A stretch of DNA of 64,000 bases from Alphaproteobacteria bacterium (GCA_965225945.1 CBDDBZ010000039.1:64001-128000); one strand, 5' to 3'; positions 20,955 through 30,524 are shown, numbered from the stretch's first letter. The notes: generated by a model not told the origin, from the letters alone. Program-made: numbers and translations.

Positions 20955-21851
20955 TCAGTCGAGGGGCCGGTCATCGATCTGGAGCGGTTCGCCGGCGCGG
21001 TCGCGCATGAGCATGTCGTTCCAGTCCAGGCCGTCGAGGGCAGGGCGCAGGCGGACGACCCTGCTGTCGTTTCGGATGAGCCGTGCCGCGGCGTCATCGC
21101 CCTGGCGGGTGGCGTCGTAGGCGCAGAAGATCCGGCCGGGGTTCCAGGCCTCGATCCATTCGGGGAGGCTTGCGGTGGCGCCGCCGGTTGAGACCACGGC
21201 GCATCCCTTGCGCCCGGCCGGGACGAGGTGGAGGGAGAGGACCGACAGGGCGTCGATTGCGTTCTTGGCGAGGATGACGGAGTTCGGCCAGTCGGGTTCC
21301 CACGACATCCAGAAGCCGCCGCGCGCGGCGGCGCCGGTCGGCGCGAGGCGGCGTGGCGCCGCGGCAGGGACGATCTCGGCGCCGAGAGCCTCGCCGGCCG
21401 CGTTTCGGCGGACGAACACGGCGTTGCCGTGGCGGTCGGCGTAGAGCAAGCCGAGGTCGCGGCACAGGGCGACGAGCACATCCGCGAGGCCGCGCTGCTC
21501 GACGAGGTAGCTCTGGATGGCGGGCCAGTGGCGGTCCGGGCACGGCGGCTTCGGGTGGCGATCGGCCGGGAACCGGTCACGGCACGGCAGTTCCGAGAAG
21601 AAGCCGAGGGCCTCGGGCACGGTGCACCGGCAGGCATGGATTACCAGGTCGATCGCTCCGCCCCCGCCCTCGCCGCGCAGATGTTCGTAGAACATAAAGC
21701 CGTTGATGCTGACGACGGATCCGGGACGCCTCCAGCGCGCGGCATCGGTGGGATCGCGGCGGTAGCCGAGGCGGCGGACGACGTCTTCGAGGGGATAGCC
21801 TCGCAGGGCCTCGGCCCGCACCCGCCGGTCCCAGAGGCGGGGACCATCCAT
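20955..21851 (-). CDS. Primase-like DUF3991/TOPRIM protein with degenerate acidic motifs
   Basis: GGGAIDLV, YL..RGL, LLYAD..GNAVF, AIDALS, STGG, AYDA, DWND. Confidence 0.75.
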   Translation of the reverse strand: MDGPRLWDRRVRAEALRGYPLEDVVRRLGYRRDPTDAARWRRPGSVVSINGFMFYEHLRGEGGGGAIDLVIHACRCTVPEALGFFSELPCRDRFPADRHPKPPCPDRHWPAIQSYLVEQRGLADVLVALCRDLGLLYADRHGNAVFVRRNAAGEALGAEIVPAAAPRRLAPTGAAARGGFWMSWEPDWPNSVILAKNAIDALSVLSLHLVPAGRKGCAVVSTGGATASLPEWIEAWNPGRIFCAYDATRQGDDAAARLIRNDSRVVRLRPALDGLDWNDMLMRDRAGEPLQIDDRPLD

Positions 21852-21853
21852 GG

Positions 21854-22642
21854 CTACGCCGGCGGCGGTTCCCCGCGGTCCTGCGCGCCGGCCTTGCCGG
21901 CTCGCCGCCGGCGGCGCTCGGCGCTGCGCTGCTTCTGGCGTTCCTCGGCCTCCTTGCGGCGCCAGGACTCGCCGTCGATGGCGATGATCTCGGCGTTGTG
22001 GACGAGGCGGTCGACCAGGGCGACGAGGCAGGCGGCGTTGGGGAAGGCCTCACCCCACTCGGCGAAGGGCCGGTTGGTGGTGATTATGGTGGAGTTCTGC
22101 TGGCTGCGGCTGGAGACGATGTTGAACAGCAGATCGGCATGGCGGTTGCTGTAGGACAGGTATCCGACCTCGTCGATCACCAGCAGGTGCTGGCGGGCGT
22201 AGAAGCGCAGCCTGCGCTGAAGCAGGGTGTCGCTGTCGAGGGCGGCGAGCTCGCCGAGCATGCTGGCCGCGGTGGCGAAGCGCACGGTGTGGCCCTCGAG
22301 GACGGCGCGGTGGGCGATATTGGCGGCGATGGTCGACTTGCCGACGCCGTTTGGGCCGACCAGGACGACGTTGGCGGCCTCGTTGAGGAACTCGAGGCTC
22401 ATGAGATCCTCGACGGCCATGCGGTCGCAGCGGCGCGGCCATGCCCAGTCGAAGTCGGCGAGCGGCTTGAACTGTCCGAGGCGGGCGTCGCCGAGGCGGC
22501 GCTTGAGGCTGCGGCTTCGCCGTTCCTCCTCTTCCCAGGCGACCAGCGCAGCGGGCCAGTCATGCCCGGCGACCTCGCCCCAGTGGGCGGCGAGGCCGTG
22601 CAGGCCGAGCGCCCGGGCACGGCCCATGAGGGTATCGTTCAT
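21854..22642 (-). CDS. istB: IS21 AAA+ ATPase
   Basis: [31 protein letters not shown]. Confidence 0.93.
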   Translation of the reverse strand: MNDTLMGRARALGLHGLAAHWGEVAGHDWPAALVAWEEEERRSRSLKRRLGDARLGQFKPLADFDWAWPRRCDRMAVEDLMSLEFLNEAANVVLVGPNGVGKSTIAANIAHRAVLEGHTVRFATAASMLGELAALDSDTLLQRRLRFYARQHLLVIDEVGYLSYSNRHADLLFNIVSSRSQQNSTIITTNRPFAEWGEAFPNAACLVALVDRLVHNAEIIAIDGESWRRKEAEERQKQRSAERRRRRAGKAGAQDRGEPPPA

Positions 22643-24144
22643 TGCTCGCTGTCCTCCTCGGGTTCGCCGGCCAGCCCGTCGTATCCGACGAGGTCGTGAT
22701 CGCGGACAGTGATGTCGCGCACTCTCGGATCGCCGGGCAGTTCGACGGGGATGGGCGGGGGTTGGTGCCGCAGCTCGCGCCGCCGGGTCAGGCTCAGGCG
22801 CACGGCGTTGGGATGGGGAACGTCCCGCTTCAGGGCCTCGTCGATGGCCGCCTCGAGCTCGGCGGCGCCGTAGGCGTCGAGGAGGCGCAACAGGGCGGCG
22901 ACGGTGGCGCCTATATAGCCGCCGCGCTGGGCGGCCTCGGCGAGCAGGCGCTCGCTGTTGGGCGCGGCCTGGACCAGCCGGTCCTGGCCGCGAAGGCGGC
23001 GGGCATGGCTCTTGCGCCTGACCAGCTCGGCGATGTGCTCGGGGTTCTCGATGCGGGCCGCCTTGTCGAAGCTGCGCGGATGGCTGGCGATGACGTCCAC
23101 ACCGTCGAGGATGCGCACCTCGTCGAGCGTCGCGACCACGACGAGGGTGCGCCGCACATGGGTGTGCGGCACGCTGTAATCGTTGAGATCGAAGCGGGCG
23201 TAGGGGGTCTTGCCGATGGCGACCTCGACCCGGTCGTGGTCGGGGAAGGGATCGCCGGGCAGCGCGATGAGAGAGCCGCGTTCCCGCTCGAAGGCCTCGC
23301 GCACGGTGATCGAGCGGTCTTCGGGCCAGGGGCGGTCGGCGGCGATGCCGTGGCACCAGGCCAGGGCCTGGGCGTTGAGATCGTCGATATCGCGCCACCG
23401 GCGGGCGGCGAAGAAGCTGGTCCGGACATAGCGAATCGCCCGCTCCACGCGCCCCTTCTCGTTGCCGCGCGCGACCGCGACGGGCTTGGGCAGGAAGTGG
23501 TAGTGGCCGGCGAGGTCGAGGATCCGGGGATTGAACCGGATGGCGGCGCCGCGGCGCTCCAGCACGACGCTCTTCAGGTTGTCGTACCAGAGCTCGCGGG
23601 GCACGCCCTGCCACGCCTCGAAGGCTTCGACATGGCCGCGCAGGAAGTTGCTCATCCCGGCGTCGAGGTAGAAGCGCAGGAAGATCCGCCGCGAGTAGCT
23701 GAGAACCATCACGAAGCCCATCAGGCGGCGCTCCGCGCGGCCGATCGTCACCTTGCCGAAGTGTCCCCAGTCGACCTGGGCCTGCTCGCCGGGAAGGGTC
23801 TTGAGGCGCAGATAGGCCTCGGCCACGGGCCTGGGCCTGAAGTGGCTGAGCAGATGACGGAAGTGGTCGCCGCCGCCCGGATAGCCGCGTTCGCGCACCA
23901 TCTGGTAGAGCCGGCTGGCGGGCAGCGTCGGCCAGGATGCCAGCGTCTCGGCGATGAACGGCACGTATGGATCGATCATCGACGGCCTGGGCGACCTCGC
24001 GTCCCGGGGCTCGCCGGCCGCGGTGAGGAGGCGCTCGACGGTGTAGCGATGCACGCCGAGCTGGCGTGTGATCGTGCCGACCGTCCACTTCTCGACGTGA
24101 TACAGGCGCAGGATCTCCGCGCGGGTCTCCTTGTCGATGGTCAT
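22639..24144 (-). CDS. istA: IS21 DDE transposase
   Basis: [31 protein letters not shown]. Confidence 0.93.
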   Translation of the reverse strand: MTIDKETRAEILRLYHVEKWTVGTITRQLGVHRYTVERLLTAAGEPRDARSPRPSMIDPYVPFIAETLASWPTLPASRLYQMVRERGYPGGGDHFRHLLSHFRPRPVAEAYLRLKTLPGEQAQVDWGHFGKVTIGRAERRLMGFVMVLSYSRRIFLRFYLDAGMSNFLRGHVEAFEAWQGVPRELWYDNLKSVVLERRGAAIRFNPRILDLAGHYHFLPKPVAVARGNEKGRVERAIRYVRTSFFAARRWRDIDDLNAQALAWCHGIAADRPWPEDRSITVREAFERERGSLIALPGDPFPDHDRVEVAIGKTPYARFDLNDYSVPHTHVRRTLVVVATLDEVRILDGVDVIASHPRSFDKAARIENPEHIAELVRRKSHARRLRGQDRLVQAAPNSERLLAEAAQRGGYIGATVAALLRLLDAYGAAELEAAIDEALKRDVPHPNAVRLSLTRRRELRHQPPPIPVELPGDPRVRDITVRDHDLVGYDGLAGEPEEDSEQ

Positions 24145-24581
24145 CTCACCCCCTTTCCCGTCGGGCGCAGCCCCGGATAGACCGCCTGCCCGCAGAACCG
24201 GCCGCAGCGATCGCAGCGGAAGACCCTGGCGGGCCGCTCGTGCCCGAAGGGCCGTGTTCCGGGACGCCCTGCCGGCGTCCGCACCACAACAGGACGCCGC
24301 CGCGCGGCGGTCAAAGGGTGATGCGTCACTTCCTGCCCGCGGCGCCGATTCACCGGCGTCCGGCGCCGTCGGCGTTCGCGATAGCGCCGCTGGCGCTCAG
24401 CATGCTTGTGACGGCCCCGCCGGCTGTTCTGGTAGCGCTGCCCGGCATGGCGCTGCGATCGCCGGCGCACCCGATCGCTGCAGCTCCGTGAACAGTAGAT
24501 GTTGCCGTGGTCGCAGTGCCGGCAGAGAACCACCTGTTGATGGCACGAGGCGCAGTTGAACAGGCGGGCGGTGTTCTTCAT
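24141..24581 (-). CDS. Cys-rich, basic zinc-finger-like protein upstream of istA
   Basis: CASC..CRHC..YCSRSC and C-terminal CDRCGRFC; stop overlaps the istA ATG. Confidence 0.7.
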   Translation of the reverse strand: MKNTARLFNCASCHQQVVLCRHCDHGNIYCSRSCSDRVRRRSQRHAGQRYQNSRRGRHKHAERQRRYRERRRRRTPVNRRRGQEVTHHPLTAARRRPVVVRTPAGRPGTRPFGHERPARVFRCDRCGRFCGQAVYPGLRPTGKGVR

Positions 24582-25681
24582 CGCGCAGCCGATGAGAACG
24601 GGGTGGACCCACGCCCAAACCCGCACGATACTGCGCATATGGGTCGTGCCTTGCATGGCTCGGGGGGTGCGGTGCCGGTCGTTGCCAGCAAGCAAACGGG
24701 GCCGGCGCCGCATCGTTCTCAGCGGCCCGAGTGTACTCCCGCGGCTCCCCTTGTCAGGTCCGCGGAACCGCCGCCGCCAGCCAGCCAAAACAGGAATCGA
24801 GACGCCCGCCCGCGGTGGATAAGCAGCCCGCCGCCGCCAGACTCTTGGCGGTCGCTGCGGCGGGCTACTTACCCACCGCTGCGCCGAGCCAACTCCCGCC
24901 TGCAAACCACGCAGCTACAGCGCCACGATGCCCGATGTCGCTGAAATCACCATCTAAGCGCGGTTTTTCATCGCCACCGACATATGGAGATGGCCCGACG
25001 TGAACGGCGCGTACCCCGGCCGCTTCTGATTGTTGGGACCGCGCGCCTTGGTGCGAAGTCCCATCCGATCCGCCGCCTCGTGGACTTTGTCCACCGTGCC
25101 CAGTTCGAGATAGAGCCGGAACAGGGTTCGGACGGTTTCCGCCTCTTGCTCGTTGACGATGAGCTTCCGATCCGCGGCGTCGTAGCCGAGCGGCACGAGG
25201 CCCCCCATCCACATGCCCTTCTTTTTCGAGGCGGCGATCTTGTCGCGGATCCGCTCGGCAGTGACCTCGCGCTCGAACTGGGCGAAGGACAGCAGCACGT
25301 TCAGGGTCAACCGCCCCATCGAGGTCGTGGTGTTGAACTGCTGGGTGACCGAGACGAACGACACCTCGTGGCGCTCGAAGACATCGACCAGCTTGGCGAA
25401 GTCGGTGAGCGAACGACTGAGGCGGTCCACCTTGTAGGTGACGATGATCTGGATCTTGCCGTCCTCGATGTCCTTTAGCAGGCGTCGGAGCCCCGGCCGC
25501 TCCATGTTGCCGCCGCTGAACCCGCCATCGTCGTAACGGGTCGGACTTGCATGCCACCCCTCGCCAACTTGGCTGGCGATGAAGGCGGCGCAGGCTTCGC
25601 GCTGGGCATCGAGCGAGTTGAAGTCCTGGTCCAACCCCTCCTCGGTCGACTTGCGGGTGTAGACGGCGCAGCGGAGCCGTC

Positions 25682-26140
25682 TCATGGCTTACCCCTCGTC
25701 ACGAGGCCGAAGAAGCGGGGTCCGGACCACTTGGCACCCGTGATCGCGCGGGCCACGGCGGTGAGGGAGGGATAGGTACAGCCCTGCCAGAGGAAGCCCC
25801 CATCGACGGCGTCGACCACATGGTTTCGTCCGTTCCACTCTCGAACCAAGCGGCTGCCGACGGATACGGAAGCGGTGTTGGGCGTCCGTGACCGAGCGTC
25901 GCTTTCGTTGCTGAGCCTCGCGCCGTCTCTCAGCCGGCGCCGGGCCACGGCGGACAAGCCGCCATGGCACTCGGCCTGCATCTCATAGGCGACCGCGAGG
26001 ATGATGAGGCGGCGGCTCATGCCTTTCAGAACGCTACGGTCGAAGAGCTGTTGCCATCGCTCGATCAGCTCGTCTCGAGGGAGATCGGCGAGTTGCTCGA
26101 TCTCCCCCTTCAGATCGCCATGCTTCTTTCGATCCGACAT
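25682..26140 (-). CDS. DUF2924 protein
   Basis: GSRLVREWNG, YPSLTAVARAITGAKWSGPRFFGL; overlaps the recombinase start. Confidence 0.9.
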   Translation of the reverse strand: MSDRKKHGDLKGEIEQLADLPRDELIERWQQLFDRSVLKGMSRRLIILAVAYEMQAECHGGLSAVARRRLRDGARLSNESDARSRTPNTASVSVGSRLVREWNGRNHVVDAVDGGFLWQGCTYPSLTAVARAITGAKWSGPRFFGLVTRGKP

Positions 26141-26152
26141 GTTGGCGACCCG

Positions 26153-26665
26153 TCAGCTACCCTCGACGATGCGGTAGATGCGTCCACGGATCTCGTCGGC
26201 TTCGGACGTGATGGTAAGGCCCAGCTTCTTCTTGAGCGCGCCACTGATCGCGCCGCGGATCGAATGGGCCTGCCAGCCGGTCACTTCCATCGCCTCGACG
26301 ATACTCCCACCTTCGGGTCGCGACAGCAGGGTGACGAGTTGGTCGCGCTTGGTTTGTCGGCAGGGAGCACCATCCCTCGTCTCCGCATGGCGATCGTCCG
26401 ACTTGACGTCAAGGCCGATCGCCCGCCGACCATCGTCGGTCAGGGCGAGCATCAATCGCTCGCGGTCTTTGCTCTCGCGCCAAATCTCGGCGCCACCGAC
26501 CGCCGCCCGCTCCTCGACGACTCCCGCCTTGAGCATTCGATTGAGCGTGCGACGTATAGTTTCGGGTGTCACTTTCAACTTGGCCGGCACCGGGAGGACG
26601 GCGCCATTGGCGCGCCGCGCGGCGGCGGACAGGATGACGAGCTGAGTATCGTTTAGCTTGGTCAT
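26153..26665 (-). CDS. DUF3489 protein
   Basis: KLNDTQLVIL; TK..LL.RPEG..TGWQAHSIRGAISG. Confidence 0.88.
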   Translation of the reverse strand: MTKLNDTQLVILSAAARRANGAVLPVPAKLKVTPETIRRTLNRMLKAGVVEERAAVGGAEIWRESKDRERLMLALTDDGRRAIGLDVKSDDRHAETRDGAPCRQTKRDQLVTLLSRPEGGSIVEAMEVTGWQAHSIRGAISGALKKKLGLTITSEADEIRGRIYRIVEGS

Positions 26666-26819
26666 GGGTGGTCTCCATCGTCTCGGGCGTCGCGGCAATC
26701 GCGATGCTCCCACCACCCAGAGCCCCGCCGACAGTCCGGCCGGGCCTCGCGGCCCGGGTCATTCGCCGGGGCGCGTCAATGCACAGCAATGCTTGCCTTG
26801 GCGGGGAAGTCCAGTCGTT

Positions 26820-27089
26820 TCAGAGGGTTTCCTTGTCCCGACTTTGGCCTTGATCAGCGGCCGTATTGGCGATGACGGAGATCGCGGCGGAAAGCGTGGT
26901 AATGTCCCGAGCCGTCGCCTCCAGGCACCGCGCACTCCCGACAAGGCTCTCCCGCGGCCGCCTGGCGTCCTGGCCCTCGACAGCGATCTCGTGCGCCTCT
27001 TCGAGGCGCTCGGTTAGGAGCGCAAAGAGCTGATGGATAAGATCCCGATTGTCGTCGTCCAAGGCAGCCCTCCCCTTCGGCAACACCAA
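26820..27089 (-). CDS. Hypothetical helical protein
   Basis: LFALLTERLEEAHEIAVEGQ; collinear with the DUF3489 block. Confidence 0.5.
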   Translation of the reverse strand: MVLPKGRAALDDDNRDLIHQLFALLTERLEEAHEIAVEGQDARRPRESLVGSARCLEATARDITTLSAAISVIANTAADQGQSRDKETL

Positions 27090-27182
27090 ACAGGGCTTGC
27101 CGGGCGGGTGAAGTCCAGGACTTTCAGAGGGACGTCACCAAGATCGGCTCGGGCAAGGTTGGATCCATCGTCGCTCGCTCTC

Positions 27183-27611
27183 TCATGACAGATCTTCTAG
27201 TCTCGCTTGGACTTCTTGCGCGTACTTCTCCCATTCCGCCATCGGCATTGTCTCAGGCGCGATAATGTAACCAGCCGGTTGATCCGGCTCTTGTGGCCCG
27301 TATTTCTTCAGAAGCCTGTGCACTTCGTCGTGCGCTCGGACATCACCCTTGAGAGCGAGATCGCGGAGCGTGAGAATCACGAGTTCAAACGTGGTGCGGC
27401 GGCCAGACCTGCCACCTTCGTTGACGCGATGGACCTCAGAGGCAATCTTCTCGACGATGCCTTTTCGACCCTCGGCTCCCTTCGGCCTTCCTTTGCGGTG
27501 GCCCGACCGCCCGGGTTTGAAGCGCGAGTGTTTGGGCGGGTTTCCGTAGCCAACCTTTTCATCATTTCCATTCTCCTCGGCTTCAGGTTTCCGATCATCC
27601 GTATTCGACAT
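27183..27611 (-). CDS. DUF5681 protein
   Basis: VGYGNPPKHSRFKPGRSG..GRPKG. Confidence 0.88.
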   Translation of the reverse strand: MSNTDDRKPEAEENGNDEKVGYGNPPKHSRFKPGRSGHRKGRPKGAEGRKGIVEKIASEVHRVNEGGRSGRRTTFELVILTLRDLALKGDVRAHDEVHRLLKKYGPQEPDQPAGYIIAPETMPMAEWEKYAQEVQARLEDLS

Positions 27612-27622
27612 CGGTGATCCTC

Positions 27623-28102
27623 CTAATATGATTCCAGTCGGGCGCGGGCCTCATCTGTCAAACCGTCATGCTCTCCGGGCCATGGCGGCGGGCCATGCAT
27701 CGCGAACATCTCCATCCACTTGTCCCAATCCCAGCAGCGCGGCACGACCAGTACTCCGCCCAGGGGCATCGGTTTCGGGGGAGGTGGGCTGATCTCGTAC
27801 GTCTCGCATAACCGAATGAAACGGAGGGCGGCGCCAAGGTACTTTTCATTGATGGCCCGCCCGACGAGCTTGCGGGTGCTCGCCTCGAATAGCGTCAGCT
27901 GTCGCACCGTGCCGGAAACCCTGACAGTGACGGGTTCTTCGAGGACTTTCCCGATGTCGATGGACTCCGGCTTCACCTTCCTGGGACGGCCGAGCTCGTT
28001 CCCACTCTTCCTAGGCTTGAACTGGTGTTCCTTCGGCGGCTTGCGATAGCCCACCCGGTAATCACCGTCGTCGGAACCCCCATTGTCGTTGCTCGTGCTC
28101 AT
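27623..28102 (-). CDS. DUF5681 protein
   Basis: YRVGYRKPPKEHQFKPRKSGN..GRP. Confidence 0.85.
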   Translation of the reverse strand: MSTSNDNGGSDDGDYRVGYRKPPKEHQFKPRKSGNELGRPRKVKPESIDIGKVLEEPVTVRVSGTVRQLTLFEASTRKLVGRAINEKYLGAALRFIRLCETYEISPPPPKPMPLGGVLVVPRCWDWDKWMEMFAMHGPPPWPGEHDGLTDEARARLESY

Positions 28103-28120
28103 GATCCTTCTCCCTGAACA

Positions 28121-28234
28121 GTTACGGTAGGAATGCGCATTGCTGCGCACCCCCCGCGGTTACGGTAGGAATGCGCATTGCTGCGCACCCCCCGCGGTTA
28201 CGGTAGGAATGCGCATTGCTGCGCACCCCCCGCG
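28121..28234 (-). repeat. Three exact 38-bp tandem copies of intron domain VI plus 3' end
   Basis: GTTACGGTAGGAATGCGCATTGCTGCGCACCCCCCGCG at 28121, 28159 and 28197. Confidence 0.95.
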
Positions 28235-28268
28235 CAGATCCGGACGTGGTCGTTGAACCATCCGGCTC

Positions 28269-29756
28269 CTACCTCGGGTGCTTGACGGCAAACCGCTGGT
28301 CCGGCCATGGGTGGCGGATGGAGGCGCGTGGCCACAGGATTTCGGTCATGCGCTCCAGTCGCTTCCAACTAAATCGGGCTCGCTGGGACCGGCGGCGTAG
28401 CGCCCGCATCCACCGGCGTTGCAGCCTGCGGAGGAACGCACGGATGAACCGGCCTGACCCTGGGACGGCAAAGTAGTTGAGCCAGCCATTGCAGACTCGC
28501 CCCAGCCACCTACCAACTTCCCAGATGTCGTGGTGCCAGCGCTTGCGGAGCACCTCGTCGATGCGCGCCAGGGTCCTGTTGACCCGTTTGGCGACCGGTT
28601 TGCGACCAAGCCGAAAGCGTCCTCTCAGGGTCGTCGTGCAATAGTGCGTGAGGCCCAGAAAGTCGAAAGTCTCCGGCTTGCCCACCCCGCGCTGGCGCCG
28701 GTTCAAATCCGCGAACCGGCCAAACTCCACGAGGCGGGTCTTGTCCTGGTGGAGGCTGAGACCGAACCGGGCCAGCCTCTCCCGAACGTCGCGGAGGTAC
28801 CGCTCCGCATCCCGCTTGTGTTGGAACCCGACAACGATATCGTCAGCGTAACGGACGATGATCGCTTCGCCATCCGGGACGTTCGGGCGCCATTTCTTGT
28901 GGAACCACAAGTCGAGCACGTAATGCAGGAACACGTTCGCCAAGACGGGGGAGACTATTGCCCCCTGCGGCGTGCCCATACCCGTATCTGCCCATGACCC
29001 ACTCTCTATGACGCCGGCGTTCAGCCATTTCCGGATCAGACGGATGACCCGCCTGTCTCCGATGCGGTGCTCTAGGAACGTGATCAACCAATCCCGCGGG
29101 ATCGTGTCGAAGTACGCCCGGAGGTCTGCATCGACTATCCAGCTGACCTTGCGCCGTTCTATCCCGAAGGCCAGGGCATCGAGCGCATCGTGCGCCCCCC
29201 GCCCCGGTCGGAACCCGTAGCTGAAGCCAAGAAACACCACCTCGTAGATCGGTGTCAGGATCACATCCACAACCGCCTTCTGGACGACCTTGTCCTCCAG
29301 CGCCGCGATCCCGAGCGGTCGTGTCCCCCCGTCCGGCTTGGGTATCTCTACCCGCCGAACCGGCGGCGCCCGGTACGCTCCCCCTCTGTGCAGGCGCCGG
29401 TGCAGGTCGAGCAGGCGCTCATCCAGACCCTCGCCGTACATGTCCCACGTAACGCCGTCGACACCGGCTGCTGCGTCCTTCTTCAATGCGAAGTAGGCCG
29501 CACCGAGCGCGTCCGGCGTAATGTGGTGGAAGAGCGCAGTGAGACGTTCCTTCGGGTTTCTCTCTGCAGCTTTCCGTATCCGGGCCGCCGCCTGTGGCAC
29601 GCTTACCCGACACTGTGTTCGGCGCGTGCTTTGGCAATCCGGATTCCCCTTGGTTGAGGCCCTTTCCTCCGGCGACTCCGCAGAAGCTCGCGCTCCCTTG
29701 TTCGCCGCCCTCACAGGTCGTACGGCCTCATCCGACTTCTTCAAACCGTTCATCAT
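28269..29756 (-). CDS. ltrA: Group II intron reverse transcriptase/maturase without an endonuclease domain
   Basis: AAGVDG, IPKPDGGTRPLGI, SYGFRPGR, GTPQG, RYADD, FDFLG. Confidence 0.93.
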   Translation of the reverse strand: MMNGLKKSDEAVRPVRAANKGARASAESPEERASTKGNPDCQSTRRTQCRVSVPQAAARIRKAAERNPKERLTALFHHITPDALGAAYFALKKDAAAGVDGVTWDMYGEGLDERLLDLHRRLHRGGAYRAPPVRRVEIPKPDGGTRPLGIAALEDKVVQKAVVDVILTPIYEVVFLGFSYGFRPGRGAHDALDALAFGIERRKVSWIVDADLRAYFDTIPRDWLITFLEHRIGDRRVIRLIRKWLNAGVIESGSWADTGMGTPQGAIVSPVLANVFLHYVLDLWFHKKWRPNVPDGEAIIVRYADDIVVGFQHKRDAERYLRDVRERLARFGLSLHQDKTRLVEFGRFADLNRRQRGVGKPETFDFLGLTHYCTTTLRGRFRLGRKPVAKRVNRTLARIDEVLRKRWHHDIWEVGRWLGRVCNGWLNYFAVPGSGRFIRAFLRRLQRRWMRALRRRSQRARFSWKRLERMTEILWPRASIRHPWPDQRFAVKHPR

Positions 29757-30085
29757 AGGCTTCGGTTTTCTCCATTCCCTACGCGGCCCCTTTACGACAA
29801 CCGGGGCAGTTTGAAGACCTCCCAGGGTCCCAACAGAAGGCGTGCGAACGTGCATGGGTTCTCTGACACCGCGGGGCTCGCCGACATCTCACCAAAACGA
29901 CGCCTGCGATATTGCCTTCGACCGATCTGAAAGCCTCGGCACCCCGGACCATCGCTTTTACGGTGCTCAATAGCCCTGCCCATCCATGCCGCTACCGACG
30001 CTTCGCCTGCCCCCTCACGGGAGCCAACGCACGGCTCGCGGAGAAACGTGGTTCGGTTACTCCTTCGTTCCGGGGGACTTGCACC

Positions 30086-30190
30086 TGTCGTTCCTCAAAA
30101 CCTCGTCGGCCGCGGAAATCCTGGCATTTCAGCCCCGTGGTTCCTGAAAATCTCGTCTGTTGCGGAAGTCCCGGCGTTTTTGGCCTCGGC
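30086..30190. repeat. Orphan transposon-end-like sequence with two internal ~50-bp units
   Basis: Starts TGTCGTTCCTCAAAACCTCGTC; second unit GTGGTTCCTGAAAATCTCGTC; homologous to 14309-14363. Confidence 0.65.
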
Positions 30191-30357
30191 TGGATGGTGT
30201 CCCCAACATGCACACGATCGTCGTTCGTCCTCTCCATTCAACGCTTCGCGATGCCTTCTGTTCGGATGATCGCGGTCGGCCTCCACGGATATACGCCGTG
30301 GTTGTAGGGTGGTGGTGCAGGGAGGCACTAGCGAACTCGTCTCTGTCGTCGCCGGGG

Positions 30358-30524
30358 CAATTTCCCTGTTATGCAGGGAATTTACAGGGAAATTCGCCGG
30401 ATTCGGCCGAAATTCGACCGCCTTCTCGGTCTAACCATCTGATATTGTTGGATAAAATCTGTAAATTCCCTACTCAACGGAACAGGGAATTTAAACGGCG
30501 TATCAGCGAAATAGCAGGGAATTC
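30358..30524. repeat. Array of CAGGGAA(T/A)T motifs in direct and inverted orientation
   Basis: Copies at ~30361(rc), 30374, 30385, 30463(rc), 30483, 30504 (variant) and 30515. Confidence 0.8.

Larger units (their letters stand above)
20842..24982 (-). mobile_element. IS21-type transposon with two extra genes (4141 bp)
   Basis: TG...CA ends with imperfect 35-bp IRs sharing GCGCTTA-ATGGTG; 5-bp TSD TATGG at 20837-41 and 24983-87. Confidence 0.9.
19848..25685 (-). pseudogene. Large serine recombinase, interrupted by the IS21-type element
   Basis: YTRKST, DDGGFSG, DRLSR; removing 20842-24982 and one TSD restores TSGHLH|KLLQNPIYVGE..MSPTH..RYRYY. Confidence 0.9.
28121..30085 (-). mobile_element. 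Group II intron (class E-like), extreme 5' end apparently lost, domain VI triplicated
   Basis: DV GAGCCGGATG..CACGTCCGGATC; DVI ending CCTACCGTAAC; domain I motif AGGTGCAAGTCC at ~30075-86; no GTGCG 5' end found. Confidence 0.85.

Noticed and set aside
21854-24088. 744-aa fused IstB
   Set aside because: The upstream part is an alternative frame of istA; the real istB start is ATG 22642, overlapping the istA stop
28121-28234. CRISPR array or RT-associated spacer system
   Set aside because: The repeats are directly adjacent with no spacers, no cas genes are present, and the unit is intron domain VI
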